Part shown: piece after piece, positions 12,775-25,069 of the stretch
Layout of the letters: each line of letters starts with the position of its first letter
Position numbering within the stretch: the first letter of the stretch is position 1
Assembly (NCBI RefSeq): GCF_963576615.1
Contig: NC_088717.1
Span: forward strand, 57,954,749 to 58,018,748
Length of the DNA stretch: 64,000 bases
Direction of reading: 5' to 3'
From: Watersipora subatra
Taxonomy: Eukaryota
The notes under the pieces: model-generated
Databases searched by the model: none
Seen by the model: only the letters and a program-made list of their open reading frames with translations
What the model was told of the DNA's origin: nothing
Made by a program: the position numbers and the translations under genes

Positions 12775-14815
12775 ACTAAATGTCAGTCTGTAGAGTATCT
12801 GCTGTCAGTCTGTGGAGTATCCGCTGTCAGTCTGTAGAGTATCTGCTGTCAGTTTGTAGAGTATCTGCTGTCTGTCTGTAGAGTATATGCTGTCAGTCTG
12901 TAGAGTATATGCTGTCAGTCTGTAGAGTATCTGCTGTCTGTTTGTAGAGTATCTGCTGTCTGTCTGTAGAGTATCTGCTGTCAGTTTGTAGAGTATCTGC
13001 TGTCAGTTTGTAGAGTATCTGCTGTCAGTCTGTAGAGTATCTGCTGTCAGTTTGTAGAGTATCTGCTGTCTGTCTGTAGAGTATTATGCTGTCTGTCTGT
13101 AGAGTATATGCTGTCAGTCTGTAAAGTATCTGCTGTCTGTTTGTAGAGTATCTGCTGTCTGTTTATAGAGTATCTGCTGCCAGTCTGTAGAGTATTTGCT
13201 CTCAGTTTGTAGAGTATCTGCTGTCAGTTTGTGGAGTATCTGCTGTCAGTCTGTAGAGTATCTGCTGTCAGTTTGTAGAGTATTTGCTGTCAGTTTGTAG
13301 AGTATCTGCTGTCAGTTTGTAGAGTATCCGCTGTCAGTCTGTAGAGTATCTGCTGTCAGTCTGTAGAGTATCTGCTGTCTGTCTGTAGAGTATATGCTCT
13401 CAGTTTGTAGAGTATCTGCTGTCTGTTTATAGAGTATCTGCTGTCAGTTTGTAGAGTATTTGCTGTCAGTTTGTAGAGTATTTGCTGTCAGTTTGTAGAG
13501 TATCTGCTGTCAGTTTGTAGAGTATCCGCTGTCAGTCTGTAGAGTATCTGCTGTCTGTCTGTAGAGTATATGCTCTCAGTTTGTAGAGTATCTGCTGTCT
13601 GTTTATAGAGTATCTGCTGTCAGTCTGTAGAGTATATGCTGTCAGTTAGTAGAGTATCCGCTGTCAGTCTGTAGAGTATCCGCTGTCTGTCTGTAGAGTA
13701 TATGCTCTCAGTTTGTAGAGTATATGCTCTCAGTTTGTAGAGTATCTGCTGTCTGTTTATAGAGTATCTGCTGTCTGTTTATAGAGTATCTGCTGTCAGT
13801 TTGTAGAGTATCTGCTGTCTGTCTGTAGAGTATATGCTCTCAGTTTGTAGAGTATCTGCTGTCTGTTTATAGAGTATCTGCTGTCAGTTTGTAGAGTATA
13901 TGCTCTCAGTTTGTAGAGTATCTGCTGTTTGTTTATAGTGTATCTGCTGTCAGTTTGTAGAGTATATGCTCTCAGTTTGTAGAGTATCTGCTGTCTGTTA
14001 ATAGAGTATCTGCTGCCAGTCTGTAGAGTATATGCTCTCAGTTTGTAGAGTATCTGCTGTCTGTTTATAGAGTATTTGCTGTCAGTTTGTAGAGTATCTG
14101 CTGTCAGTTTTTAGAGTATCCGCTGTCAGTCTGTAGAGTATCTGCTGTCTGTCTGTAGAGTATCTGCTGTCAATCTGTAGAATATCTGCTGTCAGTCTGT
14201 AGATTATCTGCTGTCAGTCTATCAAGTATCCGCTGTCAGTTTGTAGAGTATCTGCTGTCAATCTGTAGAGTATTTGCTGTCAGTTTGTAGACCTTTTGCT
14301 GTCAGTCTGTAGAGTATCCGCTGTCAGTTTGTAGAATATCTGCTGTCAGTCTGTAGATTATCTGCTGTCTGTCTGTAGAGTATCTGCTGTCAATCTGTAG
14401 AGTATCTGCTGTCAGTCTGTAGATTATCTGCTGTCAGTCTGTCAAGTATCCGCTGTCAGTTTGTAGAGTATCTGCTGTCAGTCTGTAGATTATCTGCTGT
14501 CAGTCTGTCAAGTATCCGCTGTCAGTTTGCAGAGTATCTGCTGTCTGTCTGTAGAGTATCTGCTGTCTGTCTGTAGAGTATCTGCTGTCAGTCTGTAGAG
14601 TATATGCTGTCAGTCTGTAGAGTATCTGCTGTCTGTCTGTAGAGTATCCGCTGTCAGTCTGTAGAGTATCTGCTGTCAGTCTGTAGAGTATCTGCTGTCA
14701 ATCTGTAGAGTATTTGCTGTCAGTTTGTAGACCTTTTGCTGTCAGTCTGTAGAGTATCCGCTGTCAGTTTGTAGAATATCTGCTGTCAGTCTGTAGAGTA
14801 TCTGCTGTCTGTTAA
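12775..14815. repeat. Minisatellite, 22 bp unit ctgtagagtatctgctgtcagt, about 92 copies (about 2.0 kb), in the TEP1 intron between exons E and F
   Basis: Direct visual periodicity with minor unit variants (cag/ctg/cca, tatc/tata). Confidence 0.95.
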
Positions 14816-14955
14816 ACATAGTAAAACAAAATATGAATTTGCTTATGAAAACATCAGTTGTGACATTTCTAACTTGTTTCAGTTCACACATAGTATGTAG
14901 AAAACTATTAGTGGTATAGATGTAATTAACGATAGTTATGCTGCAATTTTTTTAG

Positions 14956-15052
14956 ACTTTTCAAGACCACAACTTGAACTTTGGGTCATTGCCAACTGCA
15001 TTGAGGAAAGTTATGGTGGAGAAGTTTGCAGATTTTGACAAGTATCAGCTTG
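14956..15052 (+). CDS. TEP1: TEP1-like exon F, TROVE domain
   Basis: Splice sites ttttag|act ... cttg|gtgagt. Peptide TFQDHNLNFGSLPTALRKVMVEKFADFDKYQL. Human has LPACLRTAMTDKFAQFDEYQL. Confidence 0.75.
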
Positions 15053-15398
15053 GTGAGTAATGGATACTTGCACTGTTGCAAAGGTGTGACTTCTATCTCC
15101 CATGCTTGCACAGTCAATGGCTTTGGTAGTTGTGACATGTGTCAGTCGTTGTGACATGTGTCAGTTGTTATGACACGTGTCAGTTGTCGGGGCATGTGTT
15201 AGCTGTTATGGCATGTGTCAACTGCAGCATTTGTTAGCTGTGTGAGCATGAATTTTATAGCTTGGATTGGCTTTTGCAGTCTGTTGTCACATGAACCGGA
15301 TGTCATGGCATAGGTCACCTGTTGTGGCATGGGTTTCCTGTTGTAGTAATTGAGTTGCCATTATTAATATGTAAGCAGAAGAGACAGCAATAAAATAT

Positions 15399-16168
15399 AC
15401 TAGAAATTCCCCTGCCATACAGCCCACGACCTGATAATGGAATAAGTGATAACGGAAAAAAGAAATGGCAGTGCAGGTTGTTGAAAAAGTAGTTGTCGGC
15501 AGGAATTGGCAGAGTATAGTGTAAATGAAAGTTGTTCGAGATGACATAAAATAAATTTGACATAAAATTAATTTAAGTTGTAAGCCTAACCTACTGTAAT
15601 GTATGTAATTTAAAAACAACAATAAGGAAATATGTTTATTATAACTCTGAAATGCAAAATTAGAAGTAAAATGGCAAGCTACTGTGTACCATACACAGTT
15701 TGAAAGTTGGTTGTGTTGAATGTAGAATGATTTTGATAGTGATCTTTAACAGAAAGCAAGTATGAGCTTTCACGCGTCTGGAAGTTTTCTGCAAACTGCA
15801 GCAAAATAAAAAAATGTTTTCGTCATAATGGGGCATTGTAGTTCGGCCGTGGCTTGTACATAAGTTGTAAAGGATTTCGGCTAACGTTTTAAATAATTTA
15901 ATGAAAACTTTGTGGACAAAAAAACATAGGCTGATAAACTGTGTACCACAATTTCGTACCTGTAAACCGGTCTACGCCTCAAACGGTCTACGTTTATTAC
16001 AGAAACCGTTGTTATACTTTAACGGCTCTACAAAACGATAGTTAAATTTGTTGATGAGATTTCAAAACAAGGGTTTGCGACGTTGTTGATGAATAATTTT
16101 CGTAAGTTGTGTGCACATGCATTTATCATAAAAACTCTCAAACTTCGCTTCGCTTGTTTGGTCGTGGG
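15399..16168 (+). mobile_element. Copy C of the roughly 1.5 kb repeat family, with an internal deletion, inside a TEP1 intron
   Basis: It shares the 5' terminus actagaaattcc(c)ctg(c)catacagcccacgacc and the 3' terminus ...cgcttgtttggtcgtggg. Positions 15590-16170 are collinear with 23700-24590. Confidence 0.75.
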
Positions 16169-16332
16169 ATAAAACTGTAGCTTAAAGCATTCAACAGCGT
16201 GTTTGTCGCTCTTTTTGTTTGTCAGTCATCTCTCCTGTACCGTTCAAATAAGGTAACTCTTCTGCTATACAGGCTACATAAAATATTTAAAAACAATCTA
16301 CTGTTTGTCACTTGGCTGTGTTGGTTTTGCAG

Positions 16333-16419
16333 GAAAATACAACAAGGATAAGAAGCAGACTAAAAGGAAGCCATTGTCCTCTAAAGAGAAAAATAGGATT
16401 GATCGGCATCGGCAGTCAG
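16333..16419 (+). CDS. TEP1: TEP1-like exon G, a basic linker
   Basis: Splice sites tttgcag|gaa ... gtcag|gtgagt. Peptide GKYNKDKKQTKRKPLSSKEKNRIDRHRQS. Human has AKYNPRKHRAKRHPRR. Phase runs 1 to 1. Confidence 0.6.
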
Positions 16420-16499
16420 GTGAGTCCTCAGAGCAATCACCTTGGCTGTTTCCTGTTTCATATGAGGATAAAGCGTGTCCATATGCTTGTCTCATACAG

Positions 16500-16688
16500 G
16501 CATACAACCCTCACAGCTTGTCAGCGATGAGAGCAGTGACGATGAGTCTGAGATACACCTTAAAACCTTCACCCTGAAGCAGCTGATAAGACAACTCCAC
16601 ATCAGCTCGCCAGCTGACAATGTTTTGTGTCTCATTGGCAAGAAGTATCCTCAGACCAGGGAGGAATTTTACAGAATGAAACTGCCAG
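16500..16688 (+). CDS. TEP1: TEP1-like exon G2
   Basis: Splice sites tcatacag|gca ... gccag|gtattt. Peptide IQPSQLVSDESSDDESEIHLKTFTLKQLIRQLHISSPADNVLCLIGKKYPQTREEFYRMKLP. Human has PRFTLKKLVQRLHIHKPAQHVQALLGYRYP...RMKL. Confidence 0.75.
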
Positions 16689-17053
16689 GTATTTATATGA
16701 AGTTATGGAGAGGAGGTAGCTGGTTAATCTTGGAGTTGCTCTCAGACACTTGGATTCCACGCAGTGGCCATGCTCGCTGATGATATTTACATATCAGTAA
16801 AGTTGGCAGCACCCAAAAAACCGTAGATCCAAAGTTTCTGAAATGGGTAAATCTCTACTGAAGCAACAAAAATCTGCAAAATGAGGCCACACTGGTTAAA
16901 ACTGAACATGAAATATTAGCACCATTCCTGCCGTTTGTTGTTGAATGGTGGCGCAAGTTTCTTTGTTGTTTTGGATCACTATAGCATCGATTGTTGGTGT
17001 TGTTAAAGGTTGACTTGCAACAAAATTCGCATTACAGTTATTTGGTATCAAAA

Positions 17054-17866
17054 GGTTCATCATGTTTTACTCTGCTGTGTTGTAGGTGCAAAATACGTGG
17101 AAATGTGATTACAAGCTCATGAAAGCTCAAAAACAAAGTTAATCGCAGCCATTTTGAAAACGCCGTGAATTGGAATCCCTCTCCAAAACGTTTCAAATGG
17201 GACATAGTTAAACACGATGTGCTTCTGTTTACACTTTCATGCAACTTCATTCGTCGAAATCTTTTCACAAATATGCTTCACTCATTCAATAAAACCATGT
17301 CTATTGTCCTCATGCGACTCTTTCATCATCATTGTAATGCTGTCACTTTGAGCACTGATATCTCAAAACCTACCCTAAAAATTAGTTTAATTTATTAACC
17401 TTAGCCCGAAGAAGTGCATATCATCCTCTGATAAACATGAGGAGCCTGTTGATCACCTGTGATAGTCGAAACATGCTGCAGAAATTGTTCGCACCATTTG
17501 GCAAGAAGTATGGGTCACATGATCAGATTACGACTAGATGATTAGACCAAACCAAAATGAATCTGTAAACTAGTGAGCATCTATATTTGATAAGAGTTTT
17601 CTGGTAGAACTCGAAGTGTTTGTCATAAATTAGCACTACGAGACGTTTTATTTTGAACATTTTATTGACCTTTAATTTCACGTGATAACATCATGTGTCA
17701 AAACAATAACCACGTCGCGTTGAGTATGTCATCGAAATAAAAAGATTCCAACCTACGGCGTTTTTGTGATGGATGCGATTACCTGTTTGTTTTTGAGCTT
17801 TTAAGAGCTTGTAATCACATTTCAACATATTTTGGATCTACAACACAGCAGAATAAAACATGGTGA
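17054..17866. mobile_element. Foldback / TIR element, about 810 bp, with terminal inverted repeats of about 100-110 bp, intronic
   Basis: Positions 17054-17165 are the reverse complement of 17750-17866. For example ggttcatcatgttttactctgctgtgttgtaggtgcaaaatacgtggaaatgtgattacaagctc matches the reverse complement of gagcttgtaatcacatttcaacatattttggatctacaacacagcagaataaaacatggtgaacc. Confidence 0.7.
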
Positions 17867-19652
17867 ACCTTTTAATATCAAATAACTTTAATGTGAATCT
17901 AGTTGCAAGTCAAACTAACAAATTTATTGTCCAATCAAATGCAAGCTTCAATTATGCCTTACAGAACTAAATTGAGCATGGTCGAAGTTGGTTGGTTGCA
18001 GGTCTTCAAGGTTCTGTTACTTAGCTGCCTTATTCAACTGAAGCTTTTGAAACCAAAAGCTTACCTTTTTGTGTGGCCCCTCCCTTAAGCTATACCCTAG
18101 GACACTTATGTATTCGCCTCATCTAACTTTCGCATTTTCGCGGAGTCTTTCTCTCGCGAAAGTTTCATGTGCGAAACTAAACTATCATAACGAACGAGCG
18201 AAAACGCGAAATTAAATAGCTTTGTTCATTGATAGTCCAAGAAACAAATGGCAGCAAGCTATCAAATTGCATTATCGACCTCGCCCACACCATTCTACCT
18301 GCGGTTCACAATTACAAACTAGTCCCAATTGAATTTTTTTTTTATCGGTGAACTAGGCCCGTATTCCCTGGGGCAGCTGGCCGGCTGAGCCGTCCCAACT
18401 TTTTAGGAGCTTTCCGCGGCTAAGTACAGTCAAACTCGGATAGCTCGCCCTCGGATAAAATGTAACATTTCATCTCAAACACAAGGTTAACTCGAACGGA
18501 TTTGTTTGGTCCGTTCCCACGCAATGATAAATTGCTTCAGATAACTCGACCTCAACATCATTTATTCGAAAAGCTATTTGCCCAACGGCTATGGAGACGG
18601 TTTTTATCGCTGTAGAATATCACTTTATTCGAAGCCATAGAGACAAACATCAACTTTTAGTAGTTCTTAGGCGTCATTATTATCATCATCAGTAGCAAAA
18701 TATTCTTGTTAACGACCTTTATAAAGGTTTGCAAAATATCAAGTTTTACCAAACATCAGCTTGGCCATAAACTTCCGTATGAACTTAAAATAAAATCGGC
18801 AAAATTGATGTTTGTTAAAACGCTCAAAAGAAAAAGATGTCTTTTTTCTGAGCGTTTTAACTGCGGTCAAGTTTTGCCTATTTTAATTTAAAAATATCTC
18901 GTCAGTCACATCACTTAAAACAAAACTAATCTCACAAAAATAGAAAAATGTTGATACTTTCCGATAAAATTTTTTAAAACTTCACATGAGAGGCCCAGCT
19001 GAGGCCTACATAAGAAAAACCTGTTGGGGGCTTACACCGCCCCTCAACACTCCCAGGTGTTCATAACTAGTCGCCTAACATTAGCCGCCCCAACTTGCAA
19101 CCAGTGAATGCAGGCCTGCAGTGAACTGAACCTGAGGAATCTAATTATGTTTGTTCCACTGCATTTATTTTCACATCACTATATTTTTGCACTCATCAGA
19201 GCTGCGAAATTAAGGTGCAGTGAAATTTTACTCTGTATGCTACTCACGAAACTAAATACTAGCGAAATATAAGTGTCCTAGGGTATGTAGTGTTTCAGGG
19301 CCTGACTTTCAGGCTATGCCTTTTAGACTCATTATTATGGAATAATGTTTAATAGGAGAGTTTGATGAGATGCAAGCTGGAAAAAGGATGCGGCTGCCCA
19401 TTCCTGAAACCTGGGAGACGCAAGTATCACTCAGGGGAAACAAGGCAGAAGTATGGGAATCGCTAATAGGTGAGCTGGTTATTACTGACAGATGTCGGTG
19501 GGTATAGTGGTTAGTGCAGGTCAACTGAATTAGTTAATGGGGTGTGAGTTAGTATTACTAGCGGTAACTAGTAGGTAAGTCGGTAGTACCGATGGTAACT
19601 GATAAATTAGTCAGGTGGTACTGATAGTACTTGAGTTAAGTGCTTCTCCTAA

Positions 19653-19976
19653 GGCTGGTTCACACTATATCACCTTTTTCAGCTCTGTCCTCGGTGATTA
19701 TTCATCGACCATGTGCATTGTCAACTGACGGTATCGTCGATGCGACGATTTCCTGATAGTTTTTCAAGCATCCACAGCAGTCTGTGCAATGTGTAACACT
19801 TTGGTAATGGTGATTGGTCATCACAGATTGCTTGATCCATATCTTCATGGCAGTTGCTGTGAGACTGCATAGTATAATGAGAAGGCTTAGCCACGGATTA
19901 TTCACGGATGGAAACATTGTTCTCACAGACGATCACCGAAGTGTTGTGTGATTAATACTGATATAGTGTGAACCAG
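19653..19976. mobile_element. MITE copy 1, about 324 bp, with TIRs ggctggttcacactatatc and gatatagtgtgaaccag
   Basis: Perfect 17 bp terminal inverted repeat. The internal motif gacggtatcgtcgatgcgacgatttcc is shared with copy 2. It lies in a TEP1 intron. Confidence 0.75.
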
Positions 19977-20212
19977 TCTCTAGCAACTGAGAAGTTAACC
20001 AAGTGTAATTTAGAGTTTTTGATAGCTCAGTGAATTGCTGCTGTTCTATAATCACAGAGTGGTTTAAGTTTTTTAAAGGTCCCAAGTACTGTTTGAAGGG
20101 CTACTATAGTAATTTTCCTGTTGCAGCTAAGTTTTGCGAGCCTACAGTTAATGTCTTCTAATACTAATAGCTGCTTTACCAATACTACCAATTACTTGTG
20201 ATGAATATACAG

Positions 20213-20413
20213 ACCACAGAAAGCTGCCCTTCATGGCTATGTTGAGAAACATACGAAACATGCTAAAGGCTGGTATCTCTGAAAAGCACCATCAGTGGGT
20301 CATCGGCAAGTTGACTGATGAAGGAGCAATAGCTAATAGCAAGCAATTTCCCTTCAGATTTTTCTCTGCTTACGCAGTCCTGACTGAACTCGACTCTGAC
20401 TACGACAAATACC
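20213..20413 (+). CDS. TEP1: TEP1-like exon H
   Basis: Splice sites tatacag|acc ... tacc|gtaagt. Peptide HRKLPFMAMLRNIRNMLKAGISEKHHQWVIGKLTDEGAIANSKQFPFRFFSAYAVLTELDSDYDKY. Human has GKLPFMAMLRNLCNLLRVGISSRHHELILQRL...SRQFPFRFLNAHDAI. Confidence 0.8.
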
Positions 20414-22084
20414 GTAAGTCCACATCTTTGCTTGTTTTTATGCCACCCAACAAATTAGGATTGCTCTCTAGAAATCAGGAGCCATGGCATTTGTGAGAAA
20501 TTATGCATTTGAAAATATACGCATGTCTTGAGTTGCATTATTTTCTGTTAACTGAAATGTTGTGTAAAGAAGTTTGGAGGCAAATTAACCACCGCTGGTA
20601 TCTTGCTCTTAAATGTATCTGTTAGTTCTGTCAGGACTATTGTAGGAGGTCTGAAGATTAAAAGTAGTTGTGAAGTTCTCAGGTTCGAATGAGTCAGCTG
20701 ATTTAGCAGAACTGAACTAGCAGTGGACTGTCGATGAAAAAATATACTTGGTTTTTTTTCTGTTAAGTTACCCTATCAGGGGGATGTGCAGACGTAAACC
20801 CAAAGTTTGGAAAGTTGTTGATGATATGAATAAGCTGCTAGCTTGAACAGTAATATACCGTAATAGTGGTTTCAACAACATTCTTCATTTGAACTAAGTG
20901 TTGGTCTACATGTTTAAGTTTGTGATGGTTGAAAGTTCGCAAGTATTTGTTTGACTTGTGGTTTTTGATCATTTTATTTATCACAAAAAATAATTTCAAC
21001 GTGAGATAGTTCGCACCATAGACCTATTAACTATACTATAGTTAATAGTTCTATGGTTATATATAGTATAGTTATATATAGTGTAGTTAATAGGTCTATG
21101 GTTCACACAGACTACCAGTTAGAAAAGACTCTGCTGTTCAAATTATTTCACCATTTTAACATTGTTGTCTGAGTTAGTGACCTTATTGCAAAAGTAATTT
21201 GCTTTCATAAAAGTAGTCATGCTTGTCAATTTTTGTGCAAATGCTGTACATTGATGATATGGAATCATTCTAGGTTGAGGGCTTGTAACAGAAAAACTTT
21301 GCCAGGGTAATACAGTGGAACCTCTATTTACAAAAGACTCAACACGCAAAATTTTTTAGTTGCAAAATGTCTTGTGGTAAATGATTTGCGTTGACTTACG
21401 AAGGATATTTCTAGATATGAAAAGCTGAAAGGCCTTTTGTATTTTGGTCTGTTTGTTTGTTTCATGTTTTGGCCTGTTTGCTTTACGTGGGTACGACATA
21501 CCGCTTATCTTACTCAGTTCATTAATAACGAAAATCAGTAAATGACAAGTGTTGTTTTCATTTGTTGTATAATTTTGAGTTATTGCTTATCACATACAGA
21601 GTAGGACAACTTTAGTTTTCAGCAATTTAATTTCTGATGATGACATGGTTTTTCAGTTCATGCCGAAGTAAATAAATATTTTTCCTTACTGTCTTAGAAA
21701 ATTTATTCTGAGCAACACATGAAATAACAATATAACATCCACCTCTTCTGACTGCCACCCACTTCCACATTCCACGATCTTCGCTCAGCGTCGTCCATAC
21801 GACCAACATAAAAAGTAAACAAACAAACATACCTTTAGTAGTTGTTATTTTTTATTTCTCTGTTCTATCTTCTTTCCAAGTGTGCTTTTTTATTTATTAC
21901 TTAGTAATATAATTATAACATGCATTTGTTATAGGTTTTTATCATTATATGTATTTATAATTTATATAAATGTTATTTCCGAGTGTTGTGGGAGCTTGGA
22001 ACGAATTACAGAACTTATATGGTAAAATCGGTTTCGACACAAAATTTTCTACTTACGAAGCGGCTTCCTGCAAGAATCTATTTT

Positions 22085-22265
22085 GTAAGTGAAGGTTCCA
22101 CTGTAAGCAGATGTTCCACTGTAAGCAGAGGTTCCACTGTAAGCAGAGGTTCTACTGTAAGCAGAGGTTCCACTGTAAGTAGAGGGTCCACTGTAAGTAG
22201 AGGTTCCACTGTAAGTAGAGGTTCCACTGTAAGTAGAGGTTCCACTGTAAGCAGATGTTCCACTG
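22085..22265. repeat. Tandem repeat, 18 bp unit gttccactgtaagcagag, about 10 copies
   Basis: Visual periodicity. It gives rise to the stop-free ORFs at 21983-22336 on both strands. Confidence 0.9.
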
Positions 22266-22638
22266 TTAAGTGTATACAATATAATAAATTCTGCTAGGCC
22301 AGCAAATTTAGTATATGCACAGGTCATGGACGACAATGTGCATGTGTTACAAAGGCCATATGTAGGTCACGTGTAGGTTACGTGTAGGTCATGTGTAGGT
22401 CATATGTATGTTGTGAACAAGTTGAAAATCATCTAGCGATCAAATACAAGGTTTTGAAAATTGCTAAAGCATGAAAATAAGTCTTCTTCTTATTTTCATA
22501 GAGTTCTCAGCAATCGTTTTACAAAGTTAAAGCTCTTGAACCATAAACAGGGAGAATGTTATGAGTTTTGTTATGATTCCAGCATAATTATAATCACAGT
22601 TTGCAGCTGTTGAAAGTGCACGCATTCATTGCATACAG

Positions 22639-22786
22639 AAGAAAAGCTGATATCTCTGGCGACTAAGCTGGAAGACGCGGCCAACAAGGAAGAGTCACAG
22701 CTTGGTTATAAACGCAGAAAGAAGAAAACAAAAGAGCAGCGGCGATCTGATCAAAAGAAAAACGGGATGAGGAAGCAGTTGAAACA
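22639..22786 (+). CDS. TEP1: TEP1-like exon I, basic region
   Basis: Splice sites catacag|aag ... aaaca|gtgagt. Peptide EKLISLATKLEDAANKEESQLGYKRRKKKTKEQRRSDQKKNGMRKQLK. Phase runs 1 to 2. Confidence 0.55.
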
Positions 22787-23063
22787 GTGAGTTCAGGGTT
22801 TTTAGATACCAACTATCGGGTAAGGAGTGGGGTGGGTTTGCATCCTGAAACTCTGTGCAAAGTTACAATGGTTATGTGAATTGCTAAACTTGTGTGTGCT
22901 AGTGAATGTCACTCTTTTACATAGACATCTGAATAAAACAACTCGTATGATTATCAGTTATAAATATTGTAAAGGATTCGCTGCTTTGCTTCTCCAGACT
23001 TGAGCGAACCAGCCACTTTGAGTTGAGAGAATAAATATATTTAATCAATAGTGATAATAATCA

Positions 23064-24591
23064 CTAGAAATTCCACTGTCATACAGCCCACGACCAAAGA
23101 GATGGCCAGAGATATTGGCAAAAAAATAAAGGGTACTGATGGTTGAGAAATGCAATATTAGCAATCAAATGGCTCTGCAGTGCAATAGGATAACTGCAAT
23201 GGTAGCTGTAATGTACTGCGTGTGGGTGTTATTATATACAACAATAAGCAATAATGAATGGAAAAGATGTTTATATTTTCCCCCTGCAATAGGAGAAATG
23301 CAATATTGGCCAATATTAGAAGTAAAATGCACTGATATTCTTAGAATAATCAATTTTATTAATATAGTAATAATAGAAAAACAATACACAATTTTGTTTT
23401 CATTCCAAAACATCATAGGTAGCAATATCGAGAAGTTGTGGTATTTATATAGTTTTTAGAAAATTTATTTAAAAAGTGTTTGGTCATGACACACAACAAC
23501 AATGAAAGGAAAATATTACACGTTTATATCTCTCCCTTGCAATAGGAGAAATGCAATGTTGGCAAATATTATAAGTAAAATGCACTGATATTATTAAAAT
23601 AACCAATATTGTTAATATAGTAATACAGCAATAATAGAAAACCTATGAGCGGTCATGCGTCTCGAAGATTTCTGCAAACTGCAGCAAAATAAAATCTGTT
23701 ATAAAAGTGTTATAAAGCTGTAGGCCTAATTTACTGTAATGTATGTAATTCAACAACAATAAAGAAATATGTTTATTATAACTCTGAAATGCAAAATTAG
23801 AAGTAAAATGGCAAGCTACTGTGTACTATACACAGTTTGAAAGTTGGTTGCGTTGAATGTAGAATGGTTTTGATAAGCGATCTTTAACAGAAAGCGAGTA
23901 AGAATATTCACGCGTATAAAACTGTAGCAAAATAAAAAATGTTCTCGTCATGAAGGGGCGTTGTAGTTCGGCCCTAGCTTGTACATAAGTTGTAAAGAAT
24001 TTCGGCTAACGTTTCAAATAATGAAACCTTCGGTGATTGGACAAAAAACACAGGCTGATAAACTGTGTACCACAATTTCGTACCTGTAAATCAGTCTACG
24101 CCTCAAACGGTCTACGTTTATTACAGAAACCTTCGAATAAATTCGATTACAAGTAAAAAATGCCATAGACTGATGAAATGAGCACGGTTTTCTCGTGAAA
24201 TGCGCACTGCTAAATAGTTCTACAATCGGTCGCACGGCTTTATTGGTGTTTCAATTATCGGTCTTAACTTTTATTAAACCGAGCTTTTCAAGCTTTTTGT
24301 GGCGATTTTCGTTGAAATTAATCTGTCTATTTGTGTATAATCCGATCAGATGGGTAAGTTTTAAGATATTATCGTAGGTTTACAAAGACTTGGTAACATA
24401 TTTAAATAGGTTTAAATGTGTTTTGTATCGTTTTTATACTTTAACGACTTTAAATTCCGATGCTTAAATTTTTTGATGAAATTTCTTGACGAGGGTTCGT
24501 CTCATTGTTGATGAATAATTTTCGTAAGTTGTGTGCACATGCATTTATCATAAAAACTCCCACACTTCCGCTCCGCTCGTGTGGTCGTGTG
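23064..24591 (+). mobile_element. Copy B (the longest) of the roughly 1.5 kb repeat family, in the TEP1 intron between exons I and J. Short imperfect terminal inverted repeats, cagcccacgacc and ggtcgtg(t/g)g.
   Basis: Long collinear matches to copies A and C. The internal segment 23500-23640 duplicates 23270-23400. The overlapping ORFs at 23139-23459 and 703-894 are homologous repeat artefacts. Confidence 0.75.
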
Positions 24592-25069
24592 AATATATTT
24601 AATAAATAATAATCATTATATTTGATAAATAATAATCAATATATTTAATAAAGATTACTAAAGTACTAGCAGAGTGTATTACGGTATAGAAAGCAGTATT
24701 ATGCCAGCACTCCTGATGCCGTGCCTCTTGTTCGGCTCCTGCGTGTTCTTATATACTAGAGGGCCGCCCCTCTGGCTCGTGGCTGAACGTTCATTTTTCT
24801 TCCGGCTCGTCTCCGGCTGGCTCGGTTAAGCTGAAGTCATTCTCTCAGTTCGGCTGGGCTGAGTCCTAGGTCAGCCAACATCTCTAGTGTCAGGCTGGGA
24901 AGTGGGCCTGATGGTGTCCAGCACATTATAGTAGCTAATGAATGCTTCCCCAAATACAGCTGTTTGAGTTGAGCTATAATTGTAGTTCTTTCTTGAGCAT
25001 TATAGATAACCCGTCATGTAGACGTATGGTTGGAGTATTATAATCACTGATAGCCCGTGATTCTTACAG

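Noticed and set aside
21983-22336. 104 aa + ORF with the (STVSRG)n repeat and 95 aa / 61 aa minus-strand ORFs
   Set aside because: Pure translation of the 18 bp tandem repeat, with no flanking coding signal.
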